From: an uncultured delta proteobacterium | GTDB taxonomy: Bacteria > Desulfobacterota > Syntrophia > Syntrophales > UBA2185 | Direction: 5' to 3' | Assembly: GCA_963729715.1 (NCBI GenBank) | Contig: CAVSPA010000004.1 | Location: 544,001-608,000 of the forward strand | Length of the DNA stretch: 64,000 bases | Part shown: piece after piece, positions 28,327 through 39,198 of the stretch | How positions within the stretch are numbered: the first letter of the stretch is position 1 | How the letters are laid out: every line of letters begins with the position of its first letter | Program-made: the position numbers and the translations under genes | The notes under the pieces: model-generated | Databases searched by the model: none | Told to the model about the DNA's origin: nothing | What the model saw: only the letters and a program-made list of their open reading frames with translations

Positions 28327-29640
28327 TTACGACTGATCGCCTATAACTGCTTTAAGAAGTGTCCCTGTCGCTTTCTTCATCTTCAAAATGGCAACCTGAT
28401 AATTATATACGGCCTCTGAGAGATTCCTTTCTGATGTGACGAGCAATGTGTTCGCATCCATTACATCGAGGCTCTGCGCCAATCCAAACTCGAACTGCTT
28501 CGAGACCGCATTAAAATTGTCCCTCGCATAGACAACTTGGTCTTCCAGGTATTTGAGCGTTCCCTTCTGCGTTACAATGTCCAGATACGCACTTGCGACT
28601 TCAATTCCCACAGACTTTTTAAAGTCTTCGTACGCAAGCGTAGACTGACGCTCCCTTGCCCGCGCCTCCCTGAGGTCCGCCCTTCTGAGTCCCCCCTCAA
28701 AGAAAGGGAAGTTCAATGACAGGAGTCCGTAAGTGCTGTCTCGCACCAGTGTTTGTGTATCCGGCGACTGATCGGAAGATGTATAGACCCCAGAAGCGGA
28801 AACTGTCGGCCAGAATGCACCCTTTGCATACTTGACCTGGTCTTCCGCCATCTTCTTTTGTACCTCAAGACTCTTGAGATCTGCCCTGCCGGCGTATGCC
28901 ATCTCCTCGAAGGAAGATTCAGGTGTAATCTTCATCTCCTCCGGGGGCGCTTCTTTCAGTTGAAAATCTCCTTCGATACCGACCGTACGTGCAAGGACGG
29001 CCTTTGCAAGCTCCAAGGCATTTATTGCCTTGATAGCATCAGATTGAGCGCCGGAAAGTTCCCCCTGGGCGCGAAGCAGCACTGTTTTTGTCACTTCCCC
29101 TACCTTCAAACGCTTTTCCGCGGCATTTCTATATTTGATAAGCCTCTCCAGATTAGACTCAGCGATCTCGAGAGCTTTCTTAGCCTTCATAACATCATAG
29201 TACGCAGAGGCGATACTCAATAGGTAACTTTCCCTCGTGGCATAAAGGTCATGCTGGCTCTTTACAATGTTCGCCCTTGATATCCCAAACGCTGTAAGCT
29301 CTCTCCCGCTTAAAGACACGGACTGATCAGCCCGGACGCCCCATGAGGTTGCAGTATCCGGCTGAAGAAGCGTGCCGACATCATTATATTTCTCGGCGCT
29401 ATATCTTGTGTAATTTCCGAACGCCGATAGTTTTGGGAGCAACGCTGACAGGGCTCTATCCTTGCCCGTCATAGCTATGTTGAGGTCTTCTACCGACAGC
29501 TTAATCCTCTCAGCACGCTCAAGGGCGATACGATAGAGATCATCAAGGGAATATTCTTTGGCATGCACAGAGATGGGCGTAATCGCTGCATTCACGACCA
29601 ATATAACACCGACCACTAAGGAAAGACGCCAATCGTTCAT
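28327..29640 (-). CDS. TolC-family outer membrane efflux protein
   Basis: Signal peptide and two OEP repeats (ALLPKLS...; AFWPTVS...FPFFEGG). Confidence 0.92.
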   Translation of the reverse strand: MNDWRLSLVVGVILVVNAAITPISVHAKEYSLDDLYRIALERAERIKLSVEDLNIAMTGKDRALSALLPKLSAFGNYTRYSAEKYNDVGTLLQPDTATSWGVRADQSVSLSGRELTAFGISRANIVKSQHDLYATRESYLLSIASAYYDVMKAKKALEIAESNLERLIKYRNAAEKRLKVGEVTKTVLLRAQGELSGAQSDAIKAINALELAKAVLARTVGIEGDFQLKEAPPEEMKITPESSFEEMAYAGRADLKSLEVQKKMAEDQVKYAKGAFWPTVSASGVYTSSDQSPDTQTLVRDSTYGLLSLNFPFFEGGLRRADLREARARERQSTLAYEDFKKSVGIEVASAYLDIVTQKGTLKYLEDQVVYARDNFNAVSKQFEFGLAQSLDVMDANTLLVTSERNLSEAVYNYQVAILKMKKATGTLLKAVIGDQS

Positions 29641-30260
29641 TCCGTCAACTCCAGTCCCACCCCTTTGAGAAAGATGTCCGAGACAAAGCCCACCTTACCA
29701 CTCAAAGGTGCATCCTGATTTGTAAGCATCCAGTAATAAAAGAATGACCGGATGATGCCCAAGAGTGTATAAGCCATCATGCGCGAATCCCCGGCCTTCA
29801 ACGTTCTTGTCTCCATCCCGAAGCGCATGATGCTTTCCACAAAAGAGACGTGGTTAAAATAGTCCGCTATAAGTTTGTCCCTCAAAATTGTCCCCTTATC
29901 CGAGAGTGTCAAACCTTCTCCGCGTATAAGAAGGTCGCAGAAAGCGACATTGTTTTCTACGAAATGAAAATGTGATCCCACCAGCTTCTCGATCTTACCC
30001 GTCAGTTCTTCTTCCACGTTTACGGCGTCTCTGATTTCGGAATACATCCTATCAATCTTCTCGCTCACCATGACATTGTACAGGCTTTCCTTGCCCTCAA
30101 AGAACTGATACAGAGTGCCCGTGGCAAAGCCTGATGCGCTGGCAATCTCTGCCATAGTCGTATTATGGAACCCTTTTGCAGCAAATATCTTTTCTGCCTG
30201 ACTGAGAATCTCCGTCCTCCGGAGTTGAAATTCCATCTCTTTTCTTTTTGATTTTTCCAT
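29637..30260 (-). CDS. TetR/AcrR family regulator
   Basis: AEKIFAAKGFHNTTMAEIASASGFATGTLYQFFEGKESL; 4-bp overlap with the tolC-like gene. Confidence 0.93.
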   Translation of the reverse strand: MEKSKRKEMEFQLRRTEILSQAEKIFAAKGFHNTTMAEIASASGFATGTLYQFFEGKESLYNVMVSEKIDRMYSEIRDAVNVEEELTGKIEKLVGSHFHFVENNVAFCDLLIRGEGLTLSDKGTILRDKLIADYFNHVSFVESIMRFGMETRTLKAGDSRMMAYTLLGIIRSFFYYWMLTNQDAPLSGKVGFVSDIFLKGVGLELTE

Positions 30261-30284
30261 CTTGGGGCCAATGTTCAAATAATA

Positions 30285-30296
30285 GAATGGTCATTC
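30285..30296. promoter_or_regulatory. Probable TetR operator
   Basis: Palindrome GAATG-GT-CATTC about 25 bp upstream of the tetR ATG. Confidence 0.5.
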
Positions 30297-30487
30297 ATAT
30301 TATGAATTGGCGCTCACATTGATACTAATTACCCGCTTTGTCAAGAAGAATTATCTATTCATAACACGAGAAATTTGCAAAGGAGTTCTATTTTTGCTAA
30401 GAGAAGTAATGTGAGTGCTATTGCTCAAGAGGAAGGGGAAGAACGACCCGGGAAAACAGGATTTCGTCGATTACAGTAAGGGGAAAT

Positions 30488-31441
30488 ATGAAAAAGTCAT
30501 GTCTACTCATCTTGACAATTACAACTCTGACATTCTTGTTTTTTCCAGCCTGTGGGAAGAATGAAAATATGACGGTAGAAGGGAAAAGGCTTAAGGTTGT
30601 AACTACTCTTTTCCCTCTCTACGATTTTGCAAAACAGGTCGGGCGTGAAAGGATAGAAGTAAGCTTACTGCTGCCGCCTGGGGTCGAAGCTCACGCCTTT
30701 GAACCAAGGCCCGCTGATATAAAACGCATTCAGGATGCGGACATTTTTCTTTTCACCAACAGATTCATGGAGCCCTGGGTCGGCGGCCTGCTAAAGGGCA
30801 TTGACACCAGAAGCCTCATCGTCGTCGACACGAGCCAAGGCATCACCCTGTTGCAAAGAACGGATGATAACAACGATGGGGAACACACGCGTCAAGACGA
30901 TTCCGGAAACGCTGATCCCCATATCTGGCTTGATCTTTCGAATGCAATGAGAATGGTTGATACGATTGCATCTCAATTCATTGCCAAAGATCCTCGCGGT
31001 AGCGATTTCTACACTAAAAACGCCGATGAATACAAGAAAAAGCTTGAGGAGCTCGACAAAAAGTATAAGAATACACTATCACATTGCACAAGCAGAGTGA
31101 TCGTCCATGCGGGGCATTTCGCTTTCGGTTATCTAACGAAACGGTATGGCATTATGTATGTCTCTGCGTATAAAGGTTTTTCTCCTGATGCAGAGCCAAC
31201 GCCCAAGAGACTTGTCGAAATCACCAAGAATGTAAGAAAGTACGGTATCAAATACATATATTATGAAGAGCTGTCAGCACCACGAGTCGCCGATGTCATT
31301 GCGAAGGAAACAGGGTGCCGTTTGCTGATGCTTCATGGCTCTCATAATGTGAGCAGGGAAGAAATGGAAAGTGGGGCTACATTTATTTCGCTGATGGAAA
31401 AAAATTTGGAAAACCTTCAGGTGGGATTACAATGCCGGTAG
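30488..31441 (+). CDS. znuA: Zn/Mn ABC transporter substrate-binding lipoprotein
   Basis: Lipoprotein signal, EAHAFEP, DPHIWLD, HFAFGYL. Confidence 0.85.
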   Translation: MKKSCLLILTITTLTFLFFPACGKNENMTVEGKRLKVVTTLFPLYDFAKQVGRERIEVSLLLPPGVEAHAFEPRPADIKRIQDADIFLFTNRFMEPWVGGLLKGIDTRSLIVVDTSQGITLLQRTDDNNDGEHTRQDDSGNADPHIWLDLSNAMRMVDTIASQFIAKDPRGSDFYTKNADEYKKKLEELDKKYKNTLSHCTSRVIVHAGHFAFGYLTKRYGIMYVSAYKGFSPDAEPTPKRLVEITKNVRKYGIKYIYYEELSAPRVADVIAKETGCRLLMLHGSHNVSREEMESGATFISLMEKNLENLQVGLQCR

Positions 31442-32226
31442 ATGTACTTACGGTCGAAGATCTTTACTTTCGGTATAACTCGTCAGATGTCCTGAGCGGC
31501 ATCTCATTTTCGATTAAGAAAGGCGATTACATAGGCCTAGTCGGACCCAACGGTTCGGGAAAGACAACCTTAGTCAAGGTCATACTTGGTCTGTTAAGGC
31601 CCTACAGCGGCCAGATTACACTATTCGGGGACGACATTGCCTCATTTTCCCGATGGGATAAAGTAGGGTATCTACCGCAGCACATTTCCGCCTTGAATCC
31701 CCGCTTCCCTGCTACGGTCCGTGAAGTAGTTGCCATGGGGCTACTTTCCAAGAAAAGTTTTCCCAAGCATATGAACAGATATGACCATACAACGGTCGAT
31801 AATGCGCTTGACCTCCTCGATATGAAGAGGCTCAAGAATGCGCCGGTAGGGGAACTTTCGGGAGGCCAGCAGCAGCGGGTCCTCGTTGCCAGGGCTATCG
31901 CGAATGATCCTGAATTCCTGATTGTCGATGAACCAACAGATGCATTAGACCCGGAAACAAGGGATCGTTTTTTCGAAATCATGCAGAGCCTGAATAGAGA
32001 GAAGAAAGTCTCTATCGTGATAGTTACCCATGACACGGGCAACATCGGAAGATATACCTCGAAGCTCCTCTACGTTGACAAGAAGATTGTTTTTTATGGA
32101 AGCTTCGAAGATTTTTGTGAATCCCGTGAGATCACCCAATTTTTCGGAGAGTTTGCACAGCACGTCATCTGCCATAGACATAATCAGAACCTCAATTGTT
32201 CCTCCGGTGACCATGGAACTGACTGA
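31432..32226 (+). CDS. znuC: Zn/Mn ABC transporter ATPase
   Basis: GPNGSGKTT, LSGGQQQRV, VDEPT, C-terminal HVICHRH. Confidence 0.85.
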   Translation: MPVDVLTVEDLYFRYNSSDVLSGISFSIKKGDYIGLVGPNGSGKTTLVKVILGLLRPYSGQITLFGDDIASFSRWDKVGYLPQHISALNPRFPATVREVVAMGLLSKKSFPKHMNRYDHTTVDNALDLLDMKRLKNAPVGELSGGQQQRVLVARAIANDPEFLIVDEPTDALDPETRDRFFEIMQSLNREKKVSIVIVTHDTGNIGRYTSKLLYVDKKIVFYGSFEDFCESREITQFFGEFAQHVICHRHNQNLNCSSGDHGTD

Positions 32227-33025
32227 ATTCTTACGGTACGGATTTCTTCAGCGGGCGTTAATTGCCGGTTCGTTTATAGCGATACTCTGCTCCACCCTCG
32301 GCGTCTTCTTGGTACTGAGAAGATTTTCCCTCATAGGCGACGGCCTTGCCCATGCAACTTTCGGCAGCGTGGCGCTGGCCCTGCTTCTCGGGATGTCGCC
32401 GCTGTACGTATCGATACCCGTCGTCATGATATGTTCTGTTGGCATTCTCAGGCTAACCGAGAGGGCGCGACTTTACGGAGATGCCGCCATCGGTGTAGTT
32501 TCCTCCCTGGGCATTGCCGGAGGCGTCATGTTGTCGAGCATTGCCGGCGGCTTTAATATAGATCTGTTCAGCTATTTATTCGGCAGCATCCTGTCCATCA
32601 GCGAAACAGAAGTCTATATTTCCATCGGACTTTCCATATTTGTTATCTTAATGATCATTTTTTATTACAATGAGCTCTTGTCCATAACCTTTGACGAAGA
32701 CTCGGCGAAAGTCTCCGGCATAAATACGGAATCAATCAATACAATGTTCGTCCTTCTCACCGCAGTGACGGTCGTCTTGTCCATGAAAGTAGTAGGTATT
32801 ATGCTCATCTCCGCATTACTTATATTCCCGGCGGTAACAGCCCTCCAGATCGCGAGAAGCTTTAAGGCGGTAATGTTGACCGCCTCGTTATCGGCTATGG
32901 TCTCAGTGGTCTCAGGAATTGTCGTCTCTTTCTCGCTTGATCTCCCGACTGGTGCAACGATTGTCCTGATTAATTTCATTCTTTTCCTCACGGGCCTCAC
33001 TTACAGAAAAATCATCAAAGCGTGA
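32213..33025 (+). CDS. znuB: Zn/Mn ABC transporter permease
   Basis: FLQRALIAG, SLIGDGLAH, YLFGSIL; ATG at 32213. Confidence 0.85.
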   Translation: MELTEFLRYGFLQRALIAGSFIAILCSTLGVFLVLRRFSLIGDGLAHATFGSVALALLLGMSPLYVSIPVVMICSVGILRLTERARLYGDAAIGVVSSLGIAGGVMLSSIAGGFNIDLFSYLFGSILSISETEVYISIGLSIFVILMIIFYYNELLSITFDEDSAKVSGINTESINTMFVLLTAVTVVLSMKVVGIMLISALLIFPAVTALQIARSFKAVMLTASLSAMVSVVSGIVVSFSLDLPTGATIVLINFILFLTGLTYRKIIKA

Positions 33026-33043
33026 AACTGATGGAGATGTGCG

Positions 33044-33952
33044 GTGGCTAAAGTAAGGGCCCTTCTACATAACCGAAATTTCATCCTGCTTATGGCTATA
33101 ACAGCCGGTCTGCTTTTTGATCATGCGGCACAATGGACAAAAGTGTTGGTCCTGCCAACTCTAACTCTCATTTTAACTTTGGCCATGACAGATTTCTCCG
33201 GCAAGGTCTACGAATACCGGAAGTCTCCTTTGGCCCCCGCCCTTGTCGGCGTATTCATGAGCTATGTAATACTGGGAAACTTCATTGTCGGGTTGAGTGC
33301 GTTCCTGATTCATGATGAAAGATTATGGATCGGGTTCATCATCATGGCAGCCGTTCCCCCTGCCATAGCAGTTGTCCCTTTGGCCCGTTTTCGGGGGGGA
33401 AACGAAATGTATGCTGTTATAGGTACCATCGGGGCTTATATCGGCGCCCTTGTCATTATTCCCGTAATAGCCTCCGGACTTCTGGACTTGCATTCCCTCA
33501 ATATAACCAGGCTCATCCTCGTGGCAGCCATATTGATTTTCCTCCCCCTCATGCTTCACAAAATTATCATAAGGAGAGGGTTGCATCGCAAAATGGAACC
33601 TATAAAAGGAATTCTTATCAAGTGGTGCCACTTCTTAATTCTCTATACGATTGTGGGACTGAATCGAGAAACAATTATAGGGCAGCCTTCTTCGCTCTAT
33701 CCCATCGCTGCGATCGCCGTCACCAGCACATTTTTGTTGGGGTTCTTGATAGAATGGATCGGTGCGCTGCTTCGCATAAGTAAGGAAAAACTGACCAGCC
33801 TTTGTCTGCTTGGCACTCTTAAGAACTACGCGCTCGCTGCAGGTTTAGCTCTATCTCTTTTCACTAAGGACACGGCCCTGCCGGCGGCGGTATTCATGAT
33901 TTTTATGATGATTTACATCGCGTGGCTGGATTTCAAAGTGCGATGGGCCTGA
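33044..33952 (+). CDS. Bile acid:sodium symporter (BASS)-like membrane protein
   Basis: Many TM helices with AAVPPAIA and GTLKNYALA motifs. Confidence 0.7.
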   Translation: MAKVRALLHNRNFILLMAITAGLLFDHAAQWTKVLVLPTLTLILTLAMTDFSGKVYEYRKSPLAPALVGVFMSYVILGNFIVGLSAFLIHDERLWIGFIIMAAVPPAIAVVPLARFRGGNEMYAVIGTIGAYIGALVIIPVIASGLLDLHSLNITRLILVAAILIFLPLMLHKIIIRRGLHRKMEPIKGILIKWCHFLILYTIVGLNRETIIGQPSSLYPIAAIAVTSTFLLGFLIEWIGALLRISKEKLTSLCLLGTLKNYALAAGLALSLFTKDTALPAAVFMIFMMIYIAWLDFKVRWA

Positions 33953-34053
33953 CTTACTTTCTTTTAGAATTCTACTTACTATATGCCCAGTTGTTGCTTG
34001 CAGGAGCAAATCTCGATATGGTATGCTTAACCTAAAAAAAGGAGGACACCACT

Positions 34054-34647
34054 ATGGCTATTCAATTACCCGACCTGCCCTACGCAAAAGACGGACTCGC
34101 ACCTTACATCAGCGCAAACACGCTGGATTTCCATCACGGAAAGCATCACCGTGCATATGTTGATAACACGAACAAACTGATAGCTGGAACGGATCTCGCC
34201 AATGAGTCGTTGGAAACTATTGTGAAGAAGACTGTTGGCGATGCGGCCAAAAGCGGTCTCTTCAATAATTCCGCGCAGGTCTGGAACCATTCCTTCTACT
34301 GGCAGTGCATGAAACCAAACGGAGGCGGCAAGCCCGCCGGAAAAGTCGCCGACAAGATCAATGAGGCCTGGGGAAGCTTTGACAAATTTGCGGAAGAATT
34401 GAAAAACGCTGGAGTCACCCAGTTCGGCAGCGGCTGGGCCTGGCTTGTACTGGAAGGCGGCAAATTGAAAGTGACAAAAACAGCCAATGCCGACACACCG
34501 ATTGCACATGGCGTAAAACCCCTGCTCACCGTCGATGTCTGGGAACACGCCTATTATCTTGATTACCAGAACAGGAGGCCGGACTATCTGGCGACATTTA
34601 TTGAGAAGCTGATAAACTGGGATTTCGTAAAGGCCAATCTGGGTTGA
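34054..34647 (+). CDS. sodB: Fe superoxide dismutase
   Basis: HHGKHH, AQVWNHSFYW, QFGSGWAWL, DVWEHAYY. Confidence 0.95.
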   Translation: MAIQLPDLPYAKDGLAPYISANTLDFHHGKHHRAYVDNTNKLIAGTDLANESLETIVKKTVGDAAKSGLFNNSAQVWNHSFYWQCMKPNGGGKPAGKVADKINEAWGSFDKFAEELKNAGVTQFGSGWAWLVLEGGKLKVTKTANADTPIAHGVKPLLTVDVWEHAYYLDYQNRRPDYLATFIEKLINWDFVKANLG

Positions 34648-34678
34648 TTCTGCTAACCCGTGGGAAAAAATAATTGCT

Positions 34679-35366
34679 GTGAGTATATCTTCCGATACGC
34701 CTCACTACAAGGACCATCGCCAACGCCTGAAGAAGATATTTTCAGAATCTGGCGTTGCTGCGTTCCACGACTATGAGGTCATGGAACTGCTCTTATCATA
34801 TGCCATTCCGCGGAAAGACGTCAAACCCCTGGCAAAGGAACTCCTCAATAAGTTCGGTTCTCTCAAGGGCATCATGGATGCAGAGAAAGACAGCCTGGAG
34901 AAGGTCAAAGGCGTAGGCCTTCATGCGGCAATCCTGATAAGATTCATAAAGGAAATGGGGATCCTGTACCTCAAAGAGAAGGCAAAGGAGAGGCCGCAGA
35001 TAACCTGCACGAGCGAGCTTCTCGATTATTGCAAGTCTTACATGGGCGGCCTCAAGGATGAGCGGCTTTGTGTCATACCCGGATGCACAAAACAGGATGA
35101 CGGATATTGAAACGATCCAGGAGGGCATAGTGAACCAGGCTGTCGTCTACCCGAGAAAGGTCCTGGAAAACATCCTGAAACAAAAGGCGTCCGCAGTCAT
35201 TCTCGTTCGCAATCACCCGTCGGGCCACGTCAAGCCATCGGATGAGGACGTATGCCTGACGAAGACAATCCAGGAAACCGCGAGAATTCTGGATATCATC
35301 GTCCATGACCACGTCATCATCGGTGAAAACAGATTTTTCAGCTTTCGTGAAGAGAGATTGATCTGA
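34679..35366 (+). pseudogene. radC: RadC/JAB-domain gene, frameshifted near 35075
   Basis: N-terminal part HRQRLK...YEVMELLL in one frame and C-terminal part VYPR...NHPSG...PSDED...DHVIIG in another. The JAMM motif HNHPSG reads RNHPSG. Confidence 0.85.
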
Positions 35367-35367
35367 A

Positions 35368-36192
35368 TCAGAACGGGATGGGCGTGAAGGTCATGACGAA
35401 GACCGCTATCGTGAGCCAGCCTATGACTTTCCTCTTCGTATCGAGCGGGATCCAGTCATAAATAACCGGCGGGTGATACATTCCCATAAAGAACAGGATG
35501 CCTGCCCACACAAGCCAGCCGACCCAGCCGGTTGCTCCGAGTACAACAAGAATGACGAGCACTGCCTTTGCTACCAGACCCTGTTTAGGGCCGATGACTG
35601 CATAGGCCACATGCCCCCCGTCAAGCTGGCCCACGGGTAGGAGATTCAAAGAGGTAACCAGGAGTCCAATCCATCCGGAAAATGCTATGGGATGAAGAAT
35701 GATATTGGCGCTGTCCGGCACGGAGCCGTGAACTATCCAGTTCATGATATAGAAAAGCATCGATGAGCCCAGGCTCAATTCCGTCTCAACCGTCTCATAC
35801 CTGACCTCAGAAAGATAAAGACCGACCAGCAGAACGGGAATTGTTACGCACAATCCCGCCAGAGGACCTGCCGCACCAACATCCAAGAGGATCCGGCGAT
35901 CCATGATCGGCGATTTCATCTTGATGAACGCACCGAAAGTGCCGATAAGCGGCGAAGGTGCCGGTATGAAATACGGAAGTGTCACATCGATATGGTGCTT
36001 TCGAGACATGAAATAGTGGCCGAACTCATGGGCACCGAGTATCAGCATGAGTGTAAATGAAAAGGGTATCCCCTTCCAAAGGAGCGACGGGTTTTCGAGC
36101 GGGTTGATGCCCTGCTGCAGTGTGCCCGCAACGAGGGTGGTAAAAATGGTCACAAGAAAAAGACCGATATGAAGAAGAGGCAATCTGCGCAT
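35368..36192 (-). CDS. Site-2 protease (M50 family)
   Basis: HEFGH, AGPLAG, NLLPVGQLDGGH. Confidence 0.92.
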   Translation of the reverse strand: MRRLPLLHIGLFLVTIFTTLVAGTLQQGINPLENPSLLWKGIPFSFTLMLILGAHEFGHYFMSRKHHIDVTLPYFIPAPSPLIGTFGAFIKMKSPIMDRRILLDVGAAGPLAGLCVTIPVLLVGLYLSEVRYETVETELSLGSSMLFYIMNWIVHGSVPDSANIILHPIAFSGWIGLLVTSLNLLPVGQLDGGHVAYAVIGPKQGLVAKAVLVILVVLGATGWVGWLVWAGILFFMGMYHPPVIYDWIPLDTKRKVIGWLTIAVFVMTFTPIPF

Positions 36193-36272
36193 AATTTCTT
36201 TCACATACTGAATCCGTGTAGGCTGAACATTGAAGGCGCCAATACGTTTCAAAATGCCCCTCTGAGCATCCT

Positions 36273-36301
36273 AAAAAAAAGGGATCATAAAATGACCCCT
36301 T
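36273..36301 (-). terminator. Intrinsic terminator after ihfB
   Basis: Minus strand AAGGGGTCAT-TTT-ATGATCCC followed by a T8 tail. Confidence 0.65.
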
Positions 36302-36366
36302 ACACTTCAGCCTGAATATTTATAAGCAACTTATTTACTATGGTTTATCTGAACAGTAGAAATAAT

Positions 36367-36648
36367 CTACTTCTTGGCATCAACTTTAGCTTTAAGTTCT
36401 TTACCCACCTTGAAGAATGGCAGTTTCTTCGGGGATACCATTATGTTCTTCCCCGTTTTTGGATTCCTGCCCGTATAGGCCGTGTAATTTCTCACTACAA
36501 AACTACCGAAACCCCTGATCTCTATCCTGCCTGCTTTCTTTAGTTCGTCAGTAAAACCCTTAAAGACTAGATTAACCACGTCGATTGCTTTTTTCTCCGT
36601 TAGATTTTCTTTTGCACTTAAAGCCTCAATGAGTCCAGACTTGTTCAT
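36367..36648 (-). CDS. ihfB: Integration host factor beta subunit
   Basis: RIEIRGFGSF, GRNPKTG, PFFKVGKELK. Confidence 0.88.
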   Translation of the reverse strand: MNKSGLIEALSAKENLTEKKAIDVVNLVFKGFTDELKKAGRIEIRGFGSFVVRNYTAYTGRNPKTGKNIMVSPKKLPFFKVGKELKAKVDAKK

Positions 36649-36826
36649 ACCTCCTCCTTCTCACGCTTCATCACACAGAAATTCCCGATAGATGTGCTGT
36701 CCGAATGGCTCAATTCAAAATAACATTATAATTTATCTGTATATTTTATTATCATGATTTATTTTCATTTTAATGTCAAGACAAATTTTTTGCCCATATC
36801 AGCGTCTTTGACAAGACTATTGCCTG

Positions 36827-37540
36827 TCAAAATGACAATAGATGTTGGACTTCTTTCTTTGTGAGATGCCTGAAAGTTCCTGCTTTCATATTGCCCAAGC
36901 TTATATCTGCAATCGCCGTACGGATGAGCCTGACGACGGGGTGGCCCAGTGACTCCAGGGCTCTCCGAATCAACCTGTTTCTTCCCTCTGCAATGCTCAG
37001 GGCAATCCAGCTGCTCTTCTTGTTTGTTCTCTGAATTTGCAGATTCTCCGGTTTAAAATTTCCATCGGGGAGCCTTATGCCTTCCGACAGCGCACGCATC
37101 TCCATTTTCGCCATATGCCCCTCAATCTTGACCATGTAAGTTTTTGGAATCTTAAATCGGGGATGCTGCACCCTCTGGGAAAAATAGCCGTCATTGGTCA
37201 AGAGCAACAGGCCCTCAGAATCATAGTCAAGCCGCCCAACAGGAAAAATCCTTTCCGATATGCCGGAGAGCAGGTCTGTAACGACTGCCCGCCTCTCCGG
37301 ATCATGGAGTGTCGTCACATACCCTCTCGGTTTATGGAGCATCAGGTAAACTTTGGATACTTCCGGCAATATCAACTTGCCGTCAACCCGGATATCATCT
37401 GCACCAGTATCCGCCTTAGCGCCAAGCTGCCTTACAACCGCATCATTTACAGTTACCCTGCCCTCGAGAATCATTTTTTCGGCTACCCGCCTTGACGATA
37501 TCCCTGAAGCGGCGATAATCTTTTGCAGACGCTCCTTCAT
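36827..37540 (-). CDS. rluB: rRNA pseudouridine synthase (RluB/RsuA family)
   Basis: S4 domain ERLQKIIA...SRR, VGRLDYDSEGLLLLTND, EGRNR; follows scpAB. Confidence 0.88.
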   Translation of the reverse strand: MKERLQKIIAASGISSRRVAEKMILEGRVTVNDAVVRQLGAKADTGADDIRVDGKLILPEVSKVYLMLHKPRGYVTTLHDPERRAVVTDLLSGISERIFPVGRLDYDSEGLLLLTNDGYFSQRVQHPRFKIPKTYMVKIEGHMAKMEMRALSEGIRLPDGNFKPENLQIQRTNKKSSWIALSIAEGRNRLIRRALESLGHPVVRLIRTAIADISLGNMKAGTFRHLTKKEVQHLLSF

Positions 37541-37596
37541 GCAATCCCCGAACAGATCCGACATTGAAATATTATAACCACAAGAGTTTCGGACAT

Positions 37597-38169
37597 TCAG
37601 ATTCCCACATCGTCTGGTATCCGCGATTCGGTGCCAAGGACCTCTGTTTCATCCTGCAAATCCTTCAATTCCTTCAGAGTCGGTAGTTCCGAGAGGTCTT
37701 TCAAGCTGAATATTTCAAGAAACTTCTTCGTTGTACCGTACATCATCGGTTTGCCCGGCACATCCTTTCGTCCCATAATCCTCACAAGTTTTTTCTCCAA
37801 CAATCCCTTCAAAGAGCTGCCGACGTCCACGCCCCGGATCCTGTCTATTTCCGATTTCACCACGGGCTGCTTATATGCAACCACAGCGAGGGTTTCCATA
37901 GCGGCATTCGTCAGCATCGACTGTTTCGCCTTCATCAATTTATTGATCCAGAAGCTCAAGTCTGACCTTGTCCTGAAGTGAAGGCCCCCCGCAACCTCCT
38001 GAAGGACAAAACCGCCTCTCCTTTCTTCATATTCATTAATCAGATCTTGCACCAGGCGAGCTATTTCACTTTTTTCAACTTCATGCAAAACTTCTCTAAT
38101 CTTATCTATGGTAAGCGGGGATTCCGATGCGAAAATGATAGCCTCTATTATTGCCCTTGTCTCTTCCAT
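37597..38169 (-). CDS. scpB: SMC-Scp complex subunit ScpB
   Basis: IEAIIFAS, ETLAVVAYKQP, IRGVD, YGTTKKFL. Confidence 0.95.
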   Translation of the reverse strand: MEETRAIIEAIIFASESPLTIDKIREVLHEVEKSEIARLVQDLINEYEERRGGFVLQEVAGGLHFRTRSDLSFWINKLMKAKQSMLTNAAMETLAVVAYKQPVVKSEIDRIRGVDVGSSLKGLLEKKLVRIMGRKDVPGKPMMYGTTKKFLEIFSLKDLSELPTLKELKDLQDETEVLGTESRIPDDVGI

Positions 38170-38337
38170 CTGCAATAACCTCTAAAAAGTGGCAAACAGT
38201 TTATACACGGGGAGCCTTATAAAGCAGTTCCGCGAGCGTGAGGCATCAGTCGCCATACTCAACAGTAACTGAGAATGAAGCACAACTGAGCTCCTGCACG
38301 CCCTTTACGGACACGGGAACATTTCCTGAGTCCCCAT

Positions 38338-39066
38338 TCATGACTCCGCGCCAAGAACGACTCTGATCACGCCAAAGGAACCGGCCTGATAGACCTTGAT
38401 CATTCTCAATTTCATAAGTTCTAAAATAGCAAGGAAGGTATACAGGATCATCCTTTTATCCGACGAATCGCGCAGCAATTCAGCAAAGGTAAGATTATTC
38501 TTCTCCGCAAGCTGTTCCATAACCTCGCTTATCCTGTCGGTGAGAGAGAGCTTTTCCACATCGATCTCCATTAATTCCGGTTCTTTCATGGAAGAAATGA
38601 TTCTGTAAAAAGCTTCTACAAGCGCAAAGACGCTGACTTCCACATCTATCTCATCTTCGCCTTGTGCCGCACCTCCATTCTCAGGAGAAAGACCTCTCTT
38701 AAAAATATCCCTTTCTAGAAGAGGCCTTTGCTCCAGTTGCGCCGCTGCTTCCTTGAAGACCTGATAATCGAGTAATTGTTTGACAAGTTCCGCGCGGGGA
38801 TCCGCCTCATCTTCCGTCTCCGCGGCATCGCCTTCCTCAACCGGAAGAAGCATTCTCGATTTGATATGTACCAGTGTCGATGCCAGCAACAGATAGTCCC
38901 CGGCGACATCGAGATTGAGATATTTCATCATTTCGATGTGCTGGAGGTACTGTTCTGTAATAAGGGCGATAGGGATATCATATATGTCAATCTCATTCTT
39001 CTTGATGAGATAGAGTAAAAGATCAAGCGGCCCTTCAAATATATCGAGTTTGACTTCGTATTCCAT
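38338..39066 (-). CDS. scpA: Segregation/condensation protein ScpA
   Basis: FEGPLDLLLYLI, IKSRMLLP, TFLAILEL. Confidence 0.95.
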   Translation of the reverse strand: MEYEVKLDIFEGPLDLLLYLIKKNEIDIYDIPIALITEQYLQHIEMMKYLNLDVAGDYLLLASTLVHIKSRMLLPVEEGDAAETEDEADPRAELVKQLLDYQVFKEAAAQLEQRPLLERDIFKRGLSPENGGAAQGEDEIDVEVSVFALVEAFYRIISSMKEPELMEIDVEKLSLTDRISEVMEQLAEKNNLTFAELLRDSSDKRMILYTFLAILELMKLRMIKVYQAGSFGVIRVVLGAES

Positions 39067-39198
39067 AATAACACTCTACAAATAATCACAGAATTAAAAA
39101 GTATTGTAAGACTTGAGTCTCAATGATGCGGGCAGGGGTGAAGCCAAGGCGCCACTTAACCTGTCCCTGTGAAAGAAAAAGCATCCGGCGGGGGAGAA

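Noticed and set aside
30372..30396. Possible Zur/Fur box upstream of znuA
   Set aside because: Only one convincing half site (TTGCAA); the palindrome is too weak to call.
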